Positions 47,963 to 58,449 of a DNA stretch of 64,000 nucleotides are shown in pieces. Source of the stretch: Candidatus Saccharimonadales bacterium. Lineage in GTDB: Bacteria; Patescibacteriota; Saccharimonadia; UBA4664; SCTI01. The first letter of the stretch is position 1, and each line of letters begins with the position of its first letter. The stretch is taken from assembly GCA_035479795.1 (NCBI GenBank), contig DATIII010000002.1:7-64006 (forward strand), in the 5' to 3' direction. The position numbers and the translations under genes are program-made. The notes under the pieces are model-generated. The model was not told where the DNA came from, made no database searches, and worked only from the letters and a program-made list of their open reading frames with translations.

Positions 47963-47991
47963 TTGACACCTTTTGGGACATATTTTATAAT
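47963..47991 (+). promoter_or_regulatory. Perfect consensus sigma70 promoter
   Basis: TTGACA-17-TATAAT, 9 nt before the GTG start. Confidence 0.85.
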
Positions 47992-48000
47992 GTATCTAAC

Positions 48001-49032
48001 GTGGAAACCGATACACTCACAGCCGGGAAGGCAATTGATTATCGAAAAACCGCCGAGGCTATCCTCAGCGTCCTCAAGCAGGAACGCGATCGCGAGATAG
48101 TAGCCCGGCGTTTTGGGCTGGGAATTGACCGCCGCCACACTCTCGAGAAGATTGGTCAAGCCTTCGGTATTACCAGAGAACGAGTCCGTCAGATTGAAAA
48201 ATCGGCGACCGCCAAACTGATGGCTAGCCAGCACCAGCATATTAAGGACGTGGATGCCATTCTTAGTCAGCACCTGGCTCGAGTCGGGCACATTGCCCCC
48301 TTACGCGAGGTCACCGAGGCCATTGGAGCCAAAACTCCAGCCGAACGAGCCTATGTGACCTTCCTAGCCACTCTGGCGCCGTCGATCGAGGTAATTGATG
48401 AAAATGATTACTTCCATGCAGCCATCGCCAGTCTTCCCCAGTTTGACCGTATGAAGCTGTCCATCGCCACTAGTAAAATTAAGGCCCAGCTCGACAAACA
48501 TGGTCAGCCGGAAAGCCTGGCCCGGCTACATAAACTAACAACTCCTGATCTGCCCCGAGAATCAGTCGAAAACATTGCCAAGATTTCGAAGACGCTGGCT
48601 GAGCTTGATGGGAAGTGGGGACTGGTTCATTGGCCTCAAGTTAATCCTCGGTCAATTCGCGACAAGACCTTCTTGATTTTAAACAAGCATAATCAGCCCA
48701 TGCACTTCACCGACATTGCCGGCCGCATTACTGATCTGGGACAGCGCCGGCGCGAAGTAACTGTTCAGGCGGTTCACAACGAACTAATCAAAGACCCTCG
48801 GTTTGTACTGGTAGGGCGGGGGATTTATGCCCTCAGCGACTGGGGCTACACTCCCGGAACTGTGGCCGACATTATCACCGAAGTCCTGAAGCAGCAGTCA
48901 CCATTACATAAAGATGAGATCGTAAAACGAGTGCTGCAGAAGCGCCAGGTGAAAACCACCACCATCGTCTTAAACTTACAAGAAAAAGACCAGTTTGTGC
49001 GGGTGGCGAAGGCTACCTACGGTTTGAGGTAA
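48001..49032 (+). CDS. Sigma70 region 4 plus HARE-HTH (RNAP delta-like) domain protein
   Basis: RRFGL...TLEKIGQAFGITRERVRQIE; PMHFTDIA, VHNELIKDPRFVLVGRGIYAL. Confidence 0.88.
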   Translation: METDTLTAGKAIDYRKTAEAILSVLKQERDREIVARRFGLGIDRRHTLEKIGQAFGITRERVRQIEKSATAKLMASQHQHIKDVDAILSQHLARVGHIAPLREVTEAIGAKTPAERAYVTFLATLAPSIEVIDENDYFHAAIASLPQFDRMKLSIATSKIKAQLDKHGQPESLARLHKLTTPDLPRESVENIAKISKTLAELDGKWGLVHWPQVNPRSIRDKTFLILNKHNQPMHFTDIAGRITDLGQRRREVTVQAVHNELIKDPRFVLVGRGIYALSDWGYTPGTVADIITEVLKQQSPLHKDEIVKRVLQKRQVKTTTIVLNLQEKDQFVRVAKATYGLR

Positions 49033-49033
49033 C

Positions 49034-51736
49034 ATGGGCGTACTCGGAGGGATTGTTTCAGCCATTCTGCAAATCCTCGGCATCATGCTGTTTAAACTTT
49101 ACGGCTGGGTGGTTATTGTCGCTATCTTGGGATACCTAATCTGGCAGAATCGCCGCCGCGAGCAGTGGGTCACCCAGACCGATCATATCCTGCTGCTAGT
49201 AGAAGTCCCTAAAGATAATGAAAAAAAGGAACTGTCGGCCGAGCAAATGTTTGCCAGCCTTCACGGCATCTTACGGCCGAAGTCTGAGCTGCGCCGCGAG
49301 GGTTCGCTCCAGGAGCACATCAGCTTGGAACTGGCGGCCCGTGACAATCAAATCCAGTTTTATGTTTGGACACCCAAGCACCTGAAGGATTTTGTGGAAG
49401 GCCAGATTTACGCTCAGTATCCATCGGTGCGTATCCGAGAGGGGGTGGAAGACTACACCACGATCGAAAAGGGGGCGCGGGAAGTTTACACGACCGAGCT
49501 ATCTCTCACTAAGGACGACGTATTGCCGATCAAAACCTTCCAGACCTTTGAAGTCGACCCGTTGGCCGGTATTACCGCCGTCTTGGCCAAGCTCGAGGAG
49601 ACAGGCGAGGAAATGTGGATTCAAATCCTGGCGCGACCAATTGACGATTCCTGGCAAGATGATGGGCATAAGTACATTGAAGACATTAAAAATGGCCGGA
49701 CGCCCCATTTTCGCCGAGCCTTGCTTGATCAACTGATTGCCATACCTCTACATGTCGTAGCTAATTTTGTAACAGCCTTGGCATCGCCGCCGGAGTCGGC
49801 GGACAAGAAGGGCGGGGAAGTTAAACTCTCAACCGGACAGCAAGCCGTCATAAAGGCGGTGGAGAGCAAGGTAGCCAAGCTGGGTTATCAGGTTAAAATT
49901 CGGATTACTTATCTTGGGAGTGACGCCGATCGAGCTAAACAACGGGTTCAAGCCATTGTGGGCGGTTTTAAGCAGTTTAATACCACCAGTCTCAATGGCT
50001 TTACAACTAGGCACAGTCTGGTAGGGGACGCCGGGCTAGCAGAATATCAGGCCCGGCTATTCATGGGCGAAGGGTCGACCTTAAATATTGAAGAGCTGGC
50101 CAGTGTTTACCACCTACCGCACAAGAGCGTCGAAACTCCCAATATGGTATGGACCACCGTTAAAACCTCCGAGCCGCCGTCTAGTCTACCAGCCGAAGGG
50201 GCGGTCGCGCCCGAAGACGTCAGCTTGTTTGGTCAAACCAACTTCCGCGGGCATCAAATTAAGTTCGGCATTAAGCGTCGCGACCGTGACCGTCATATGT
50301 ACATCATCGGCCAAACCGGTACGGGTAAGTCGAAGCTATTAAACCTCCTGACCCTGTCTGACATCTATCACGACATCGGATTGGCGATTGTCGACCCGCA
50401 CGGCGACTTCGCCACAGATATGCTGCAGTATATACCCGAGCATCGGCTAAAAGATGTGATCTACTTTAACCCGACCGACCGCGACTTTCCGATCGCCTTT
50501 AACCCCCTTGAGGTCTACGATCCGGCCTTTAAAAACGATATTAGTTCGGAAATGATTGGCGTCTTAAAGCGGATGTTCGACTCCTGGGGGCCCAGATTGG
50601 AGTACATTCTGCGATACACCATCTTGGCGCTGCTCGATTATCCGGATTCGACCATGCTAGGGATTACCCGCATGCTGACCGAAAAGGAATTCCGTAAAAA
50701 GGTGATCCGCGAGATCAAAGATCCGGTGGTGAAGAATTTCTGGGTTAACGAATTTGCTAGTTGGAATGATAAATTTGCCAACGAAGCAGTGGCCCCGGTG
50801 CTGAACAAGGTCGGTGCTTTTACCGCTAACCCGCTGATCCGTAATATCATTGGCCAGCCCAAGAGCAAGTTGGATCTACGGGGCATAATGGACGAAGGCA
50901 AGATCCTAATTGTTAACCTCAGCCGCGGCCAGATTGGCGAGGATAATGCCAGTATCCTGGGCGCTCTAATGGTCACTAAGATTCAGCTAGCCGCCATGAG
51001 CCGAGCTAACATCCCGCTCGAGCAGCGCCGGCCATTCTATCTATATGTCGACGAGTTCCAAAACTTTGCTACCGATTCGTTCGCGACCATTCTGTCCGAG
51101 GCCCGCAAATACCAACTAAATCTGACCGTCGCTAACCAGTATATTGCCCAGATGCCCGAACAGGTGAGAGACGCCGTGTTTGGCAACGTTGGGACCATGG
51201 TAAGCTTCCGTGTGGGCGCGGGCGACGGGCAAGTGATTGGTAAATACTTTACTCCAGCCTTCGAGCCTGAAGATCTCATAAAGTTAAATAATCAGCATAT
51301 TGTACTCGACATGACTATTGACGGCGAAAAGAACATCCCGTTCTCGGCTACCACTCTGCGCATGCCGGAGCCAGAGCGTAACTACACACCCGAAATGATC
51401 GCTTACACACGCAGCCACTACGCCAGTGCCAGGGGCGATGTAGAGCGCGAAATCTCGGAGTGGACACTTGGTCAAAGCGCTGCCGAAAAGGCCACTGATG
51501 AGCAAGCCACTCCCGAAGAACAAAAACCGAACACGTTTTTAGGCAATCTCAAAAATCCCAATCCGCCAGCAGCCAGCCACTCAAGCCACGGAAATTCTAA
51601 TCGAAACCGTAATCGAAATCGGAAATCAACAGGTGGCCAAACCAGAGAAAGCCAGCACAGAGGCCAACAGGAGTCTCGATCTGGTGAACGGGAAAGGGCG
51701 TCTGTTGGCGCTCAAAACAGCCAAAAACAGGATTAA
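49034..51736 (+). CDS. VirD4/TraD/HerA-like coupling ATPase (CPR type IV secretion DNA-binding domain protein)
   Basis: HMYIIGQTGTGKS, VDPHGD, LYVDEFQNF, SEARKY. Confidence 0.9.
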   Translation: MGVLGGIVSAILQILGIMLFKLYGWVVIVAILGYLIWQNRRREQWVTQTDHILLLVEVPKDNEKKELSAEQMFASLHGILRPKSELRREGSLQEHISLELAARDNQIQFYVWTPKHLKDFVEGQIYAQYPSVRIREGVEDYTTIEKGAREVYTTELSLTKDDVLPIKTFQTFEVDPLAGITAVLAKLEETGEEMWIQILARPIDDSWQDDGHKYIEDIKNGRTPHFRRALLDQLIAIPLHVVANFVTALASPPESADKKGGEVKLSTGQQAVIKAVESKVAKLGYQVKIRITYLGSDADRAKQRVQAIVGGFKQFNTTSLNGFTTRHSLVGDAGLAEYQARLFMGEGSTLNIEELASVYHLPHKSVETPNMVWTTVKTSEPPSSLPAEGAVAPEDVSLFGQTNFRGHQIKFGIKRRDRDRHMYIIGQTGTGKSKLLNLLTLSDIYHDIGLAIVDPHGDFATDMLQYIPEHRLKDVIYFNPTDRDFPIAFNPLEVYDPAFKNDISSEMIGVLKRMFDSWGPRLEYILRYTILALLDYPDSTMLGITRMLTEKEFRKKVIREIKDPVVKNFWVNEFASWNDKFANEAVAPVLNKVGAFTANPLIRNIIGQPKSKLDLRGIMDEGKILIVNLSRGQIGEDNASILGALMVTKIQLAAMSRANIPLEQRRPFYLYVDEFQNFATDSFATILSEARKYQLNLTVANQYIAQMPEQVRDAVFGNVGTMVSFRVGAGDGQVIGKYFTPAFEPEDLIKLNNQHIVLDMTIDGEKNIPFSATTLRMPEPERNYTPEMIAYTRSHYASARGDVEREISEWTLGQSAAEKATDEQATPEEQKPNTFLGNLKNPNPPAASHSSHGNSNRNRNRNRKSTGGQTRESQHRGQQESRSGERERASVGAQNSQKQD

Positions 51737-52176
51737 ATACATAGGCAGTAGTAGCGGATAGTCGGCGCAGGGAAGAGCAGGAAATAATTCTCGCCACCGA
51801 CATGATATTAGACCGGGCGAGCGTGAAGTAATGAAGAATGAAGCAATGTGTGATAGCGTCGCACAATGTATATTTTGCGACATACATCTATCTGTGAAAC
51901 CGGTGTATGGTTGAACCTTGAAAGATAGCAGCTAACAGGTATAAATGCCTTTATGGAGCTATTATTCTCTCTGCTAATGGGATGTAATGCCATTAACGGC
52001 CCTATTGTAAAAACTACATTCACTTGGGTGTTCGGTTAATATTCAGCGGGTCTCTACTCCACCCTACCCTGTTACTGCTAATGTTTATTAACAATGATTT
52101 ATTTACCGCCAACAACGTACTAACTACGCCGGTGAACGAAAACCGAACATGGGGGAGAGAAGAGAGTTATCCTCTT

Positions 52177-52983
52177 TTATTTATAGTAGGCTTTGTGCTC
52201 GACCCGAAGATCAATATACTCACTAGGCGACTTCCTGCTTCGTGCTAACTCGCTCATCACGGCTGCTAAGTCCCCCAGTTCCTCCCCCGCCGGGCGAGTG
52301 GTATCCACCTTTAGTAAAAATCCTTTATCAGTTTTTACATAAAGCTCACTAGTGCTTTGGCTGACCGACGATTCCCCTGCCTTCAAACCAGTCTTAGTCG
52401 TCAATCCATTTAAAAACTCGTTGCAGAATGACACGAAGGCAGAAGATACGGCGGATTTACCCGGTTTTACCGGTACGTTACTAGCGTCGATGACCACCGG
52501 TAACCTGGAATAAATGCCCTTAGTCGGTGCGATGACCGTGCCATCAACATCTAAAAGATAGGTAGTGTCGCCAGTTCTCCAATTTAGTCCAGGCTGTCGC
52601 TCAACCACCTTTATCTTTAGTCTTCCTGGTAGTGATCTCTCAATAGCGACATCTTTTAGAGCTGGCTCGGCCTGTTCGAGATAGTTAGCCAAGGTCCCCG
52701 TGTCCGCCAGAACAGTATTACGACCAAAGATTTGTTTATGAAGCCCGTCATTCGCAAGAGCAGTCACCCGTTCTTTGGGAAGGGCCGTATTTCCCGAAAC
52801 ACTGATCGACTTTAGGGCTGTCCACCGAGATATAACGACCAACAAGACAAGGATGGCTACACCGACACCTGCTAGCCGGATCCATGATGATGGAATACTA
52901 ATATCACGACGGGGCTTTGATCGACGCGGTGGCCGTCGATCAAAGTTGGGTCGACCAACTCGGTTGACTTGGCGTGGTGGCAT
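52177..52983 (-). CDS. ftsQ: Cell division protein FtsQ/DivIB
   Basis: TM, POTRA (V.GN...), LPGRLKIKVVER, YIDLR; position after murG. Confidence 0.85.
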   Translation of the reverse strand: MPPRQVNRVGRPNFDRRPPRRSKPRRDISIPSSWIRLAGVGVAILVLLVVISRWTALKSISVSGNTALPKERVTALANDGLHKQIFGRNTVLADTGTLANYLEQAEPALKDVAIERSLPGRLKIKVVERQPGLNWRTGDTTYLLDVDGTVIAPTKGIYSRLPVVIDASNVPVKPGKSAVSSAFVSFCNEFLNGLTTKTGLKAGESSVSQSTSELYVKTDKGFLLKVDTTRPAGEELGDLAAVMSELARSRKSPSEYIDLRVEHKAYYK

Positions 52984-54098
52984 TATCGATCGCCCCCGGC
53001 TTGCAAGATCACCTGGGCCAATTTATCAGCGGCATCTTTCGCCCCAAATTGTTTTATATTGTGGCTCAACTCGGCTCGCTTTGAAGGGTTATTAACTATA
53101 TCCAGAATGGTGTCTAAAAACTGCGCTGATGATAGCTTGGCCTCATTCAGCACAACGGCGGCACCCGCTTGGTCTAAACGGCGGGCATTACCAACTTGGT
53201 GGGCGGCCATCTGTCGATTAGGGATTATGATACTGGGTTTGGCCAGCGTCGCCAGCTCAGCGATGGTATTGGCGCCAGCTCGGCTCACCACCACGTCGGC
53301 CGCTGCATAGGCCAATGCGAAATCATCCTTTAGATAGGAAGCTACAAAGTAGCGATCCCCTCCCCTTTTCCTAATTTCTCCGTATTCTGCTGGGCCGGTA
53401 ACATGAATTACCTGGCAGCCCCGAGTCAACTCATCAATGATAGTTTCGACCAACTGGTTAATATTATGAGCTCCCTGGCTCCCCCCGATTACTAAAACTG
53501 TCGGCAGATCACGATCAAAGCCAAAGTGATCAAGACCGGCTAGGCGCTTGGCCTTCATTAGTTCGGGTCTGACTGGAGTGCCCGTAAATATCAGGTGGCG
53601 GTGCCAGAAACGATAAACCTCTACTGGGAAGCCGACTGCAACCTGAGCGGCCCACTTGGCTAGAATTTTGTTATTTAGACCAGGAGTGGAATCTGGTTCG
53701 TGAATAACCATGGGTACCCGTAGAGCCCACGCGGCAAGACCAACGGGAAGTCCAACAGTTCCAGCTTTGTTAAAAATAACATCGGGCCGAAACCACAGGA
53801 TGTGCCACATTGCTTGAAAAGCCGCTAAAAATACCAAAATAATATCCCGTAGGTTCAAGACGAGGTTGGTAAGACCAAGGTTGCCCAGTACACCACGCCC
53901 GGGCAAACGCCGGAACTTTCCTCCAAGTACAGGTCTGAAAGGCAGCTTGGCTGCCCTAACCAATCCTGCCTCGATACCAGAGGCCCGACCAATATATAAA
54001 AACTGGACCGATTTATCGCGACGTTTGAGGGCGTCGGCGACTGCCAACACCGGCGAGACGTGGCCGGCTGTTCCCCCACCGCTCAGCAGAATTCGCAT
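52983..54098 (-). CDS. murG: Lipid II GlcNAc transferase MurG
   Basis: GGGTAGHVSP, IHEPD, GGSQGA, SRAGA, HQ..NA. Confidence 0.95.
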   Translation of the reverse strand: MRILLSGGGTAGHVSPVLAVADALKRRDKSVQFLYIGRASGIEAGLVRAAKLPFRPVLGGKFRRLPGRGVLGNLGLTNLVLNLRDIILVFLAAFQAMWHILWFRPDVIFNKAGTVGLPVGLAAWALRVPMVIHEPDSTPGLNNKILAKWAAQVAVGFPVEVYRFWHRHLIFTGTPVRPELMKAKRLAGLDHFGFDRDLPTVLVIGGSQGAHNINQLVETIIDELTRGCQVIHVTGPAEYGEIRKRGGDRYFVASYLKDDFALAYAAADVVVSRAGANTIAELATLAKPSIIIPNRQMAAHQVGNARRLDQAGAAVVLNEAKLSSAQFLDTILDIVNNPSKRAELSHNIKQFGAKDAADKLAQVILQAGGDR

Positions 54099-55218
54099 TT
54101 TCTACCTCTTTTACCGTGTACTTAGAAATATTTAGTAGCATTCCGACAGCGAACATCATGATAACCAGGCTCGACCCACCATAGCTTATAAACGGCAGCG
54201 GGATGCCCGTTAGGGGCACTAGCGAAACCATGGCGGCAATATTAATGAAGGCCTGGAAAAACAGCACGAGCGTCAATCCTCCGGCTACTAGGCGAGCAAA
54301 CATATCCGGCGCAGTTTGAGCGATTTTAATCCCCCGCCAAACTAAAACACCAAACAAACCAATGATTAGCAGCGCTCCAATTAGCCCAAATTCTTCGCCA
54401 ATTACTGCAAATATCGAGTCATTAGACGCCTCTGGTAGATACCCATAGATCTGGATGCTTTTGCCCAAACCTGCTCCCAAGATCCCCCCACTGCCAATCG
54501 CAATCAGAGCTTGGTTTACGTGATAACCTCCTCCACTGGCATCTTTACTCGGGTCTAAAAAGGTAGCCAAACGGCTCAGGCGATGCGGGAAGCTAACGAT
54601 CGCCATCCAACCAGCCACTACGGCTCCAGAGACTAAGATTCCCAGATCACGCAAACGAATTCCCGCTAGGTAAAACATGCCCATTGCCGACATTGCGACA
54701 ACCAGCATTGTTCCCATGTCACGCTGAAAAACAACCACTATGACACTCATAATCCCCAGCATGATCGCGAAGGGCACCACTCCGTCCCAAAAGCTTTTAA
54801 CCTCGGCTTGGCGCTTTTCAAACCAGGCCCCCAGATATACGACCATGGAAAGCTTGAGCAGCTCCGCCGGCTGGAAGGACACAGGACCCAGATTGAGCCA
54901 TCTGGTGGCTCCGTTTTTGGAGAAGCTTAAACCTGGCACCCAGAGAGCCAACAGAGCGATCACCGAGATTACCAAAAAGAGCAAGGCGTAGCGTCGCCAA
55001 ACCTTATAATATATGCTCGAGGCAATCATGAATGAAATCACCCCGGCAGCAATATTGATCAGCTGACCCTTAAAGTAGTAACCAGCATCAACGCGTCCAA
55101 GGAGCTTTTGGCTAAGTGCCGGGTTAATGTTATACATCATTATCAGCCCAAAAGTTAAAAGAACGCTGACAATAACCGTCAGCATGTAGTCCGGCCGATG
55201 CGCCCGGGCCGTGTTCAC
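54013..55218 (-). CDS. ftsW: SEDS family peptidoglycan polymerase FtsW
   Basis: GATRWL, FQPAELLK, LPEASNDSIFAVIGEE, PLTGIPLPFISYGGSS. Confidence 0.94.
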   Translation of the reverse strand: MNTARAHRPDYMLTVIVSVLLTFGLIMMYNINPALSQKLLGRVDAGYYFKGQLINIAAGVISFMIASSIYYKVWRRYALLFLVISVIALLALWVPGLSFSKNGATRWLNLGPVSFQPAELLKLSMVVYLGAWFEKRQAEVKSFWDGVVPFAIMLGIMSVIVVVFQRDMGTMLVVAMSAMGMFYLAGIRLRDLGILVSGAVVAGWMAIVSFPHRLSRLATFLDPSKDASGGGYHVNQALIAIGSGGILGAGLGKSIQIYGYLPEASNDSIFAVIGEEFGLIGALLIIGLFGVLVWRGIKIAQTAPDMFARLVAGGLTLVLFFQAFINIAAMVSLVPLTGIPLPFISYGGSSLVIMMFAVGMLLNISKYTVKEVENANSAERWGNSRPRLAGVGSRRRPQTSR

Positions 55219-56252
55219 AAACTATGATTTCCGAGTAAGCCAATCACCAAACCAATCGCGCCAACCACCTGGCCAACCACCCAGAATCGCATAGTAACCT
55301 TGGTTTCCGGCCAACCAATAGCTTCAAAATGATGATGGATGGGCGCTGATAGGAAAATCTTTCGCTTAAATAGCTTCTTTGACATTATTTGTAGCGCACT
55401 TGAACCGGCTTCCACCACAAACACGGCCCCAATAATCGGTAGGACCACGATCGAATTGGTCAGCACAGCGATAACACCCAGAGTCGTTCCCATGGCAAAG
55501 GCACCTGAATCCCCCATCAGAAAGCGCATCGGGTAAATACTAAACCAGGTGTAAGCCAGCATTATCCCCACCAAGGTCGCACAAAAAGCGGCTATGCCAA
55601 AGTTTCCCTGGAAATACGCGATTACGGCGTAAGCTGCAAAAGCGGTAGACAGCAATCCCCCGGCAAGGCCGTCGAGACCATCTGTTATGTTAACCGCATT
55701 GGCAGTCGATACTACCACGGCCACGAACAGTGGAATATACAGCCAACCAATAGAAAAATCACCAACGGCGGGTATATGAATAAGATGATAGCCCAGCTTA
55801 AAGTAAAAATAGAGCGAACCGAGAATCGCGATGATTAAAATGAGATTGAATTTAAGCTTCGCTCTCAGGCCTCCGGCCAGGTTGGATGATCCTCTGATGT
55901 TGATATAGTCATCGAGTAACCCAACTAGCCCAGCCGCAACTAGTACAAACAAAGGCAGATAGGTTTGACTCCGACTCAAGTTCAGCAGCAGCGTGACGAC
56001 TACCGCCGTAATAATCATGATCATGCCCCCCATTGTCGGGATGTCACGTTTATGTTTAGCTGCCTGCAGACTATGAACAATCGGAGCCGCCTCACCCGTT
56101 GTGGCGTGAGTACGGGCCTTCTTCCACCACTTGAATCTAAACGCTAGTGTGGTGTACACGGGCGTCAGCAGCATGGCCAAAGCGAAGCCAGCTGCGCCTA
56201 GCAAAAAGACGTGCGAAAGCGGAACTATTTGTGATTCGTGGACGAAGGTCAT
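55215..56252 (-). CDS. mraY: Phospho-N-acetylmuramoyl-pentapeptide transferase
   Basis: PTMGG, LLDD, NAVNITDGLDGL, MGDSG, APIHHHFE. Confidence 0.96.
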   Translation of the reverse strand: MTFVHESQIVPLSHVFLLGAAGFALAMLLTPVYTTLAFRFKWWKKARTHATTGEAAPIVHSLQAAKHKRDIPTMGGMIMIITAVVVTLLLNLSRSQTYLPLFVLVAAGLVGLLDDYINIRGSSNLAGGLRAKLKFNLILIIAILGSLYFYFKLGYHLIHIPAVGDFSIGWLYIPLFVAVVVSTANAVNITDGLDGLAGGLLSTAFAAYAVIAYFQGNFGIAAFCATLVGIMLAYTWFSIYPMRFLMGDSGAFAMGTTLGVIAVLTNSIVVLPIIGAVFVVEAGSSALQIMSKKLFKRKIFLSAPIHHHFEAIGWPETKVTMRFWVVGQVVGAIGLVIGLLGNHSL

Positions 56253-56281
56253 TGCTCTAACATTACCATTTTCTCATCTGT

Positions 56282-58015
56282 TTATCCAGATGGCGGCACC
56301 GCATAATATTGCAGCAACCAGCGCGTTAAATTAGCAAAAATCGGCACCGTAGTACTTTCGGCAAAGCCAGCTACCTTGGGTTTATTGACCCGCACCATAA
56401 CCACGAACTTGGGATCTTCAATCGGCGCAAACCCAGCGAATGATCCAATGTTGACGCCCTCGATATATCCTGGGCCGTTCGGGTTAGGAATCTGGGCCGT
56501 ACCGGTTTTACCAGCAATTTTGTAGCCCGGGGTAAAGGCGCGATAGCCAGACCCATGATGCACCACCACCTCCATCATATTACCCAAGTCGGTAGCCGTC
56601 TGCTTAGAAATGACCTTGGGGTTAATTACTTTTGGAGCAGTTTTTTGCACCGATCCATCAGCCTTATCTCGCTCGGCTACCACATATGGCTGGTAGAGTT
56701 TACCTCCATTGGCTATGGCGCCGACGGCGGCAGCCACTTGAATCATGGTGGTTGAGATTCCCTGCCCGAATGACATATTGGCGAAGGTGACGTCACTGCT
56801 CGTCGGAGGTGGCACGTAGCCGCTGGCCTCGCCCTGTTGTTCAATTCCGGTGCGTTTGCCGAACTTGAAATGATCAGTTATGAAGCTTCGAAATGACTGC
56901 TTTGAGGTAGAGGTTATCTTGTTCGGATCAGTCCCTAATAATTTAAGTATGTACATGACACCGGTATTCAGCGAGTCTCGCAGAACCACTGTCATCGTCG
57001 TATTGGGGCCTTCATGATGGTTCTCGGCATTACAGACCTTGTAGCCACTTACCTGCTCACAACCATTATCGGTATAGGTGCTATCTGGCTTAACTTTACC
57101 CAAATCGAGGCCGGCAGCCATGGTAAAGACCTTGAAAACAGAGCCTGGCTCAAATTGGTTTGTTACCACGCTGTTGGAAAATGTGGTGTAATCCGCGACC
57201 TTTGTGTAATCGTTAGGGTCGTAGGTTGGATAATTGGCCATGGCTTTTACGGCACCAGTGTCCGGATCAAGCACTACTACACTACCCGATTCCGCCTTAA
57301 CCTCCTCCACCCCCTGTTTTAAGAAAGTTTCGGCTTGGGATTGAATGTTTCGATCAAGCGTTAAAACCAAACCAGTGCCATCAGTTGGCTGTTTAATTAC
57401 GTTGTCGGTGGTAGCAATCGGCACACCATTAGTGTCAGTTTTGGCATTCAACTGACCAGGGTTCCCTTTGAGTTCGGTGTTGAGAAAACCCTCCACTCCA
57501 TACTGTCCATCGCCGTCATTATTTACAAAACCTAGCGCCTGGCTGGCCAATGAGCCCTCCGGATAAGTACGATAATCTTGATTAACCATACCAACTCCGC
57601 GCAAATGAAGACTAGTAATGGCGGCTGCCATCTTTTCATCAACGCGCGTCTTTAAAACCGCATATTCATGGCCTTTGTTTAAGGCGTCGAGCAGTTTGTC
57701 GGCTGGATCGCCAGTTACAGCTGCCAATTTTGTGGCGGCCGACGCCTTGTCCTCCATGATGCTGGGGTCGGCGTAAACCAGCTTTAGGGTTTGATTGAGC
57801 GCTAAGGGGACTTTGTTGTCACCATCTTTGACATAAATTTGGCCTCGAGCGGCCGGAATCTCATATTTGCGTTGATGTTCGCTGAATGCTAGCTGCCGGT
57901 AATGGCTATATTGAATAATTTGTAAATCAACCAGCCGGCTGACAATTAAGACACCTAAAACAACCACGACAAACTTTAAGCTGCTAACCCGCAGATTTTG
58001 TCCGAGCGACTGCAT
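56282..58015 (-). CDS. ftsI: Class B PBP (FtsI/PBP2 family)
   Basis: RGQI, R.YP, G.YGVE, EPGSVFK, SLN, GKTGTAQ; dcw context. Confidence 0.92.
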   Translation of the reverse strand: MQSLGQNLRVSSLKFVVVVLGVLIVSRLVDLQIIQYSHYRQLAFSEHQRKYEIPAARGQIYVKDGDNKVPLALNQTLKLVYADPSIMEDKASAATKLAAVTGDPADKLLDALNKGHEYAVLKTRVDEKMAAAITSLHLRGVGMVNQDYRTYPEGSLASQALGFVNNDGDGQYGVEGFLNTELKGNPGQLNAKTDTNGVPIATTDNVIKQPTDGTGLVLTLDRNIQSQAETFLKQGVEEVKAESGSVVVLDPDTGAVKAMANYPTYDPNDYTKVADYTTFSNSVVTNQFEPGSVFKVFTMAAGLDLGKVKPDSTYTDNGCEQVSGYKVCNAENHHEGPNTTMTVVLRDSLNTGVMYILKLLGTDPNKITSTSKQSFRSFITDHFKFGKRTGIEQQGEASGYVPPPTSSDVTFANMSFGQGISTTMIQVAAAVGAIANGGKLYQPYVVAERDKADGSVQKTAPKVINPKVISKQTATDLGNMMEVVVHHGSGYRAFTPGYKIAGKTGTAQIPNPNGPGYIEGVNIGSFAGFAPIEDPKFVVMVRVNKPKVAGFAESTTVPIFANLTRWLLQYYAVPPSG

Positions 58016-58018
58016 CGG

Positions 58019-58339
58019 CTACTTAGCGTAGGTAACTTGGGTGGTTGGTACCAAGCCTTTGACCGCTTGGGAGTTTTGAATTTGCTGAATTGAAGTTAAC
58101 CTGGCGGCCTCAACTTCCAAGGCTTGCTTTGATTGCAAGGCCTGCTTCTGCTGTGCTTGCAGAGCTGATAGCTGATAGCCAAAGACACTAGATTTGGTTA
58201 TTTGGTTGAGATACAAGAGCGCTAGAACTGTGATGGTCAAGATCATCACGACCGTAGCCGATACCGGACCAAGTTTAAGTTCGGTCCCGGTCCGGGCCAG
58301 GTTCTGGTTGCGCCGCATAGCATAGGTTGCGGTCGACAT
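58019..58339 (-). CDS. FtsL-like cell division protein
   Basis: TM plus coiled coil between rsmH and ftsI; SD AAGGA before ATG 58339. Confidence 0.75.
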   Translation of the reverse strand: MSTATYAMRRNQNLARTGTELKLGPVSATVVMILTITVLALLYLNQITKSSVFGYQLSALQAQQKQALQSKQALEVEAARLTSIQQIQNSQAVKGLVPTTQVTYAK

Positions 58340-58382
58340 GTGTAAGGCTTCCTTTTTGGTTTTGGTTTTTGGTGCTTTATAC

Positions 58383-58434
58383 GGGTTGGCGGTGCTCATC
58401 TCGCCCGACTTTTACATCGGGCCACCGCCAACCC
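58383..58434 (-). other. Strong intergenic RNA hairpin (12-bp outer stem plus inner stem)
   Basis: GGGTTGGCGGTG...GCCCGA..TCGGGC..CACCGCCAACCC. Confidence 0.75.
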
Positions 58435-58449
58435 TGGGGTTGTCGGTCG

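Noticed and set aside
49034-51736. Conjugative element or ICE
   Set aside because: No relaxase, VirB4, integrase or att sites; this ATPase type is embedded among core genes
51597-52248. Track ORFs in the ATPase-ftsQ gap, or stop-codon recoding
   Set aside because: No SD or leaderless signal and atypical composition; frames are closed by TAA/TAG, and TGA is used as a normal stop elsewhere (rsmH, mraY), so code 25 does not apply
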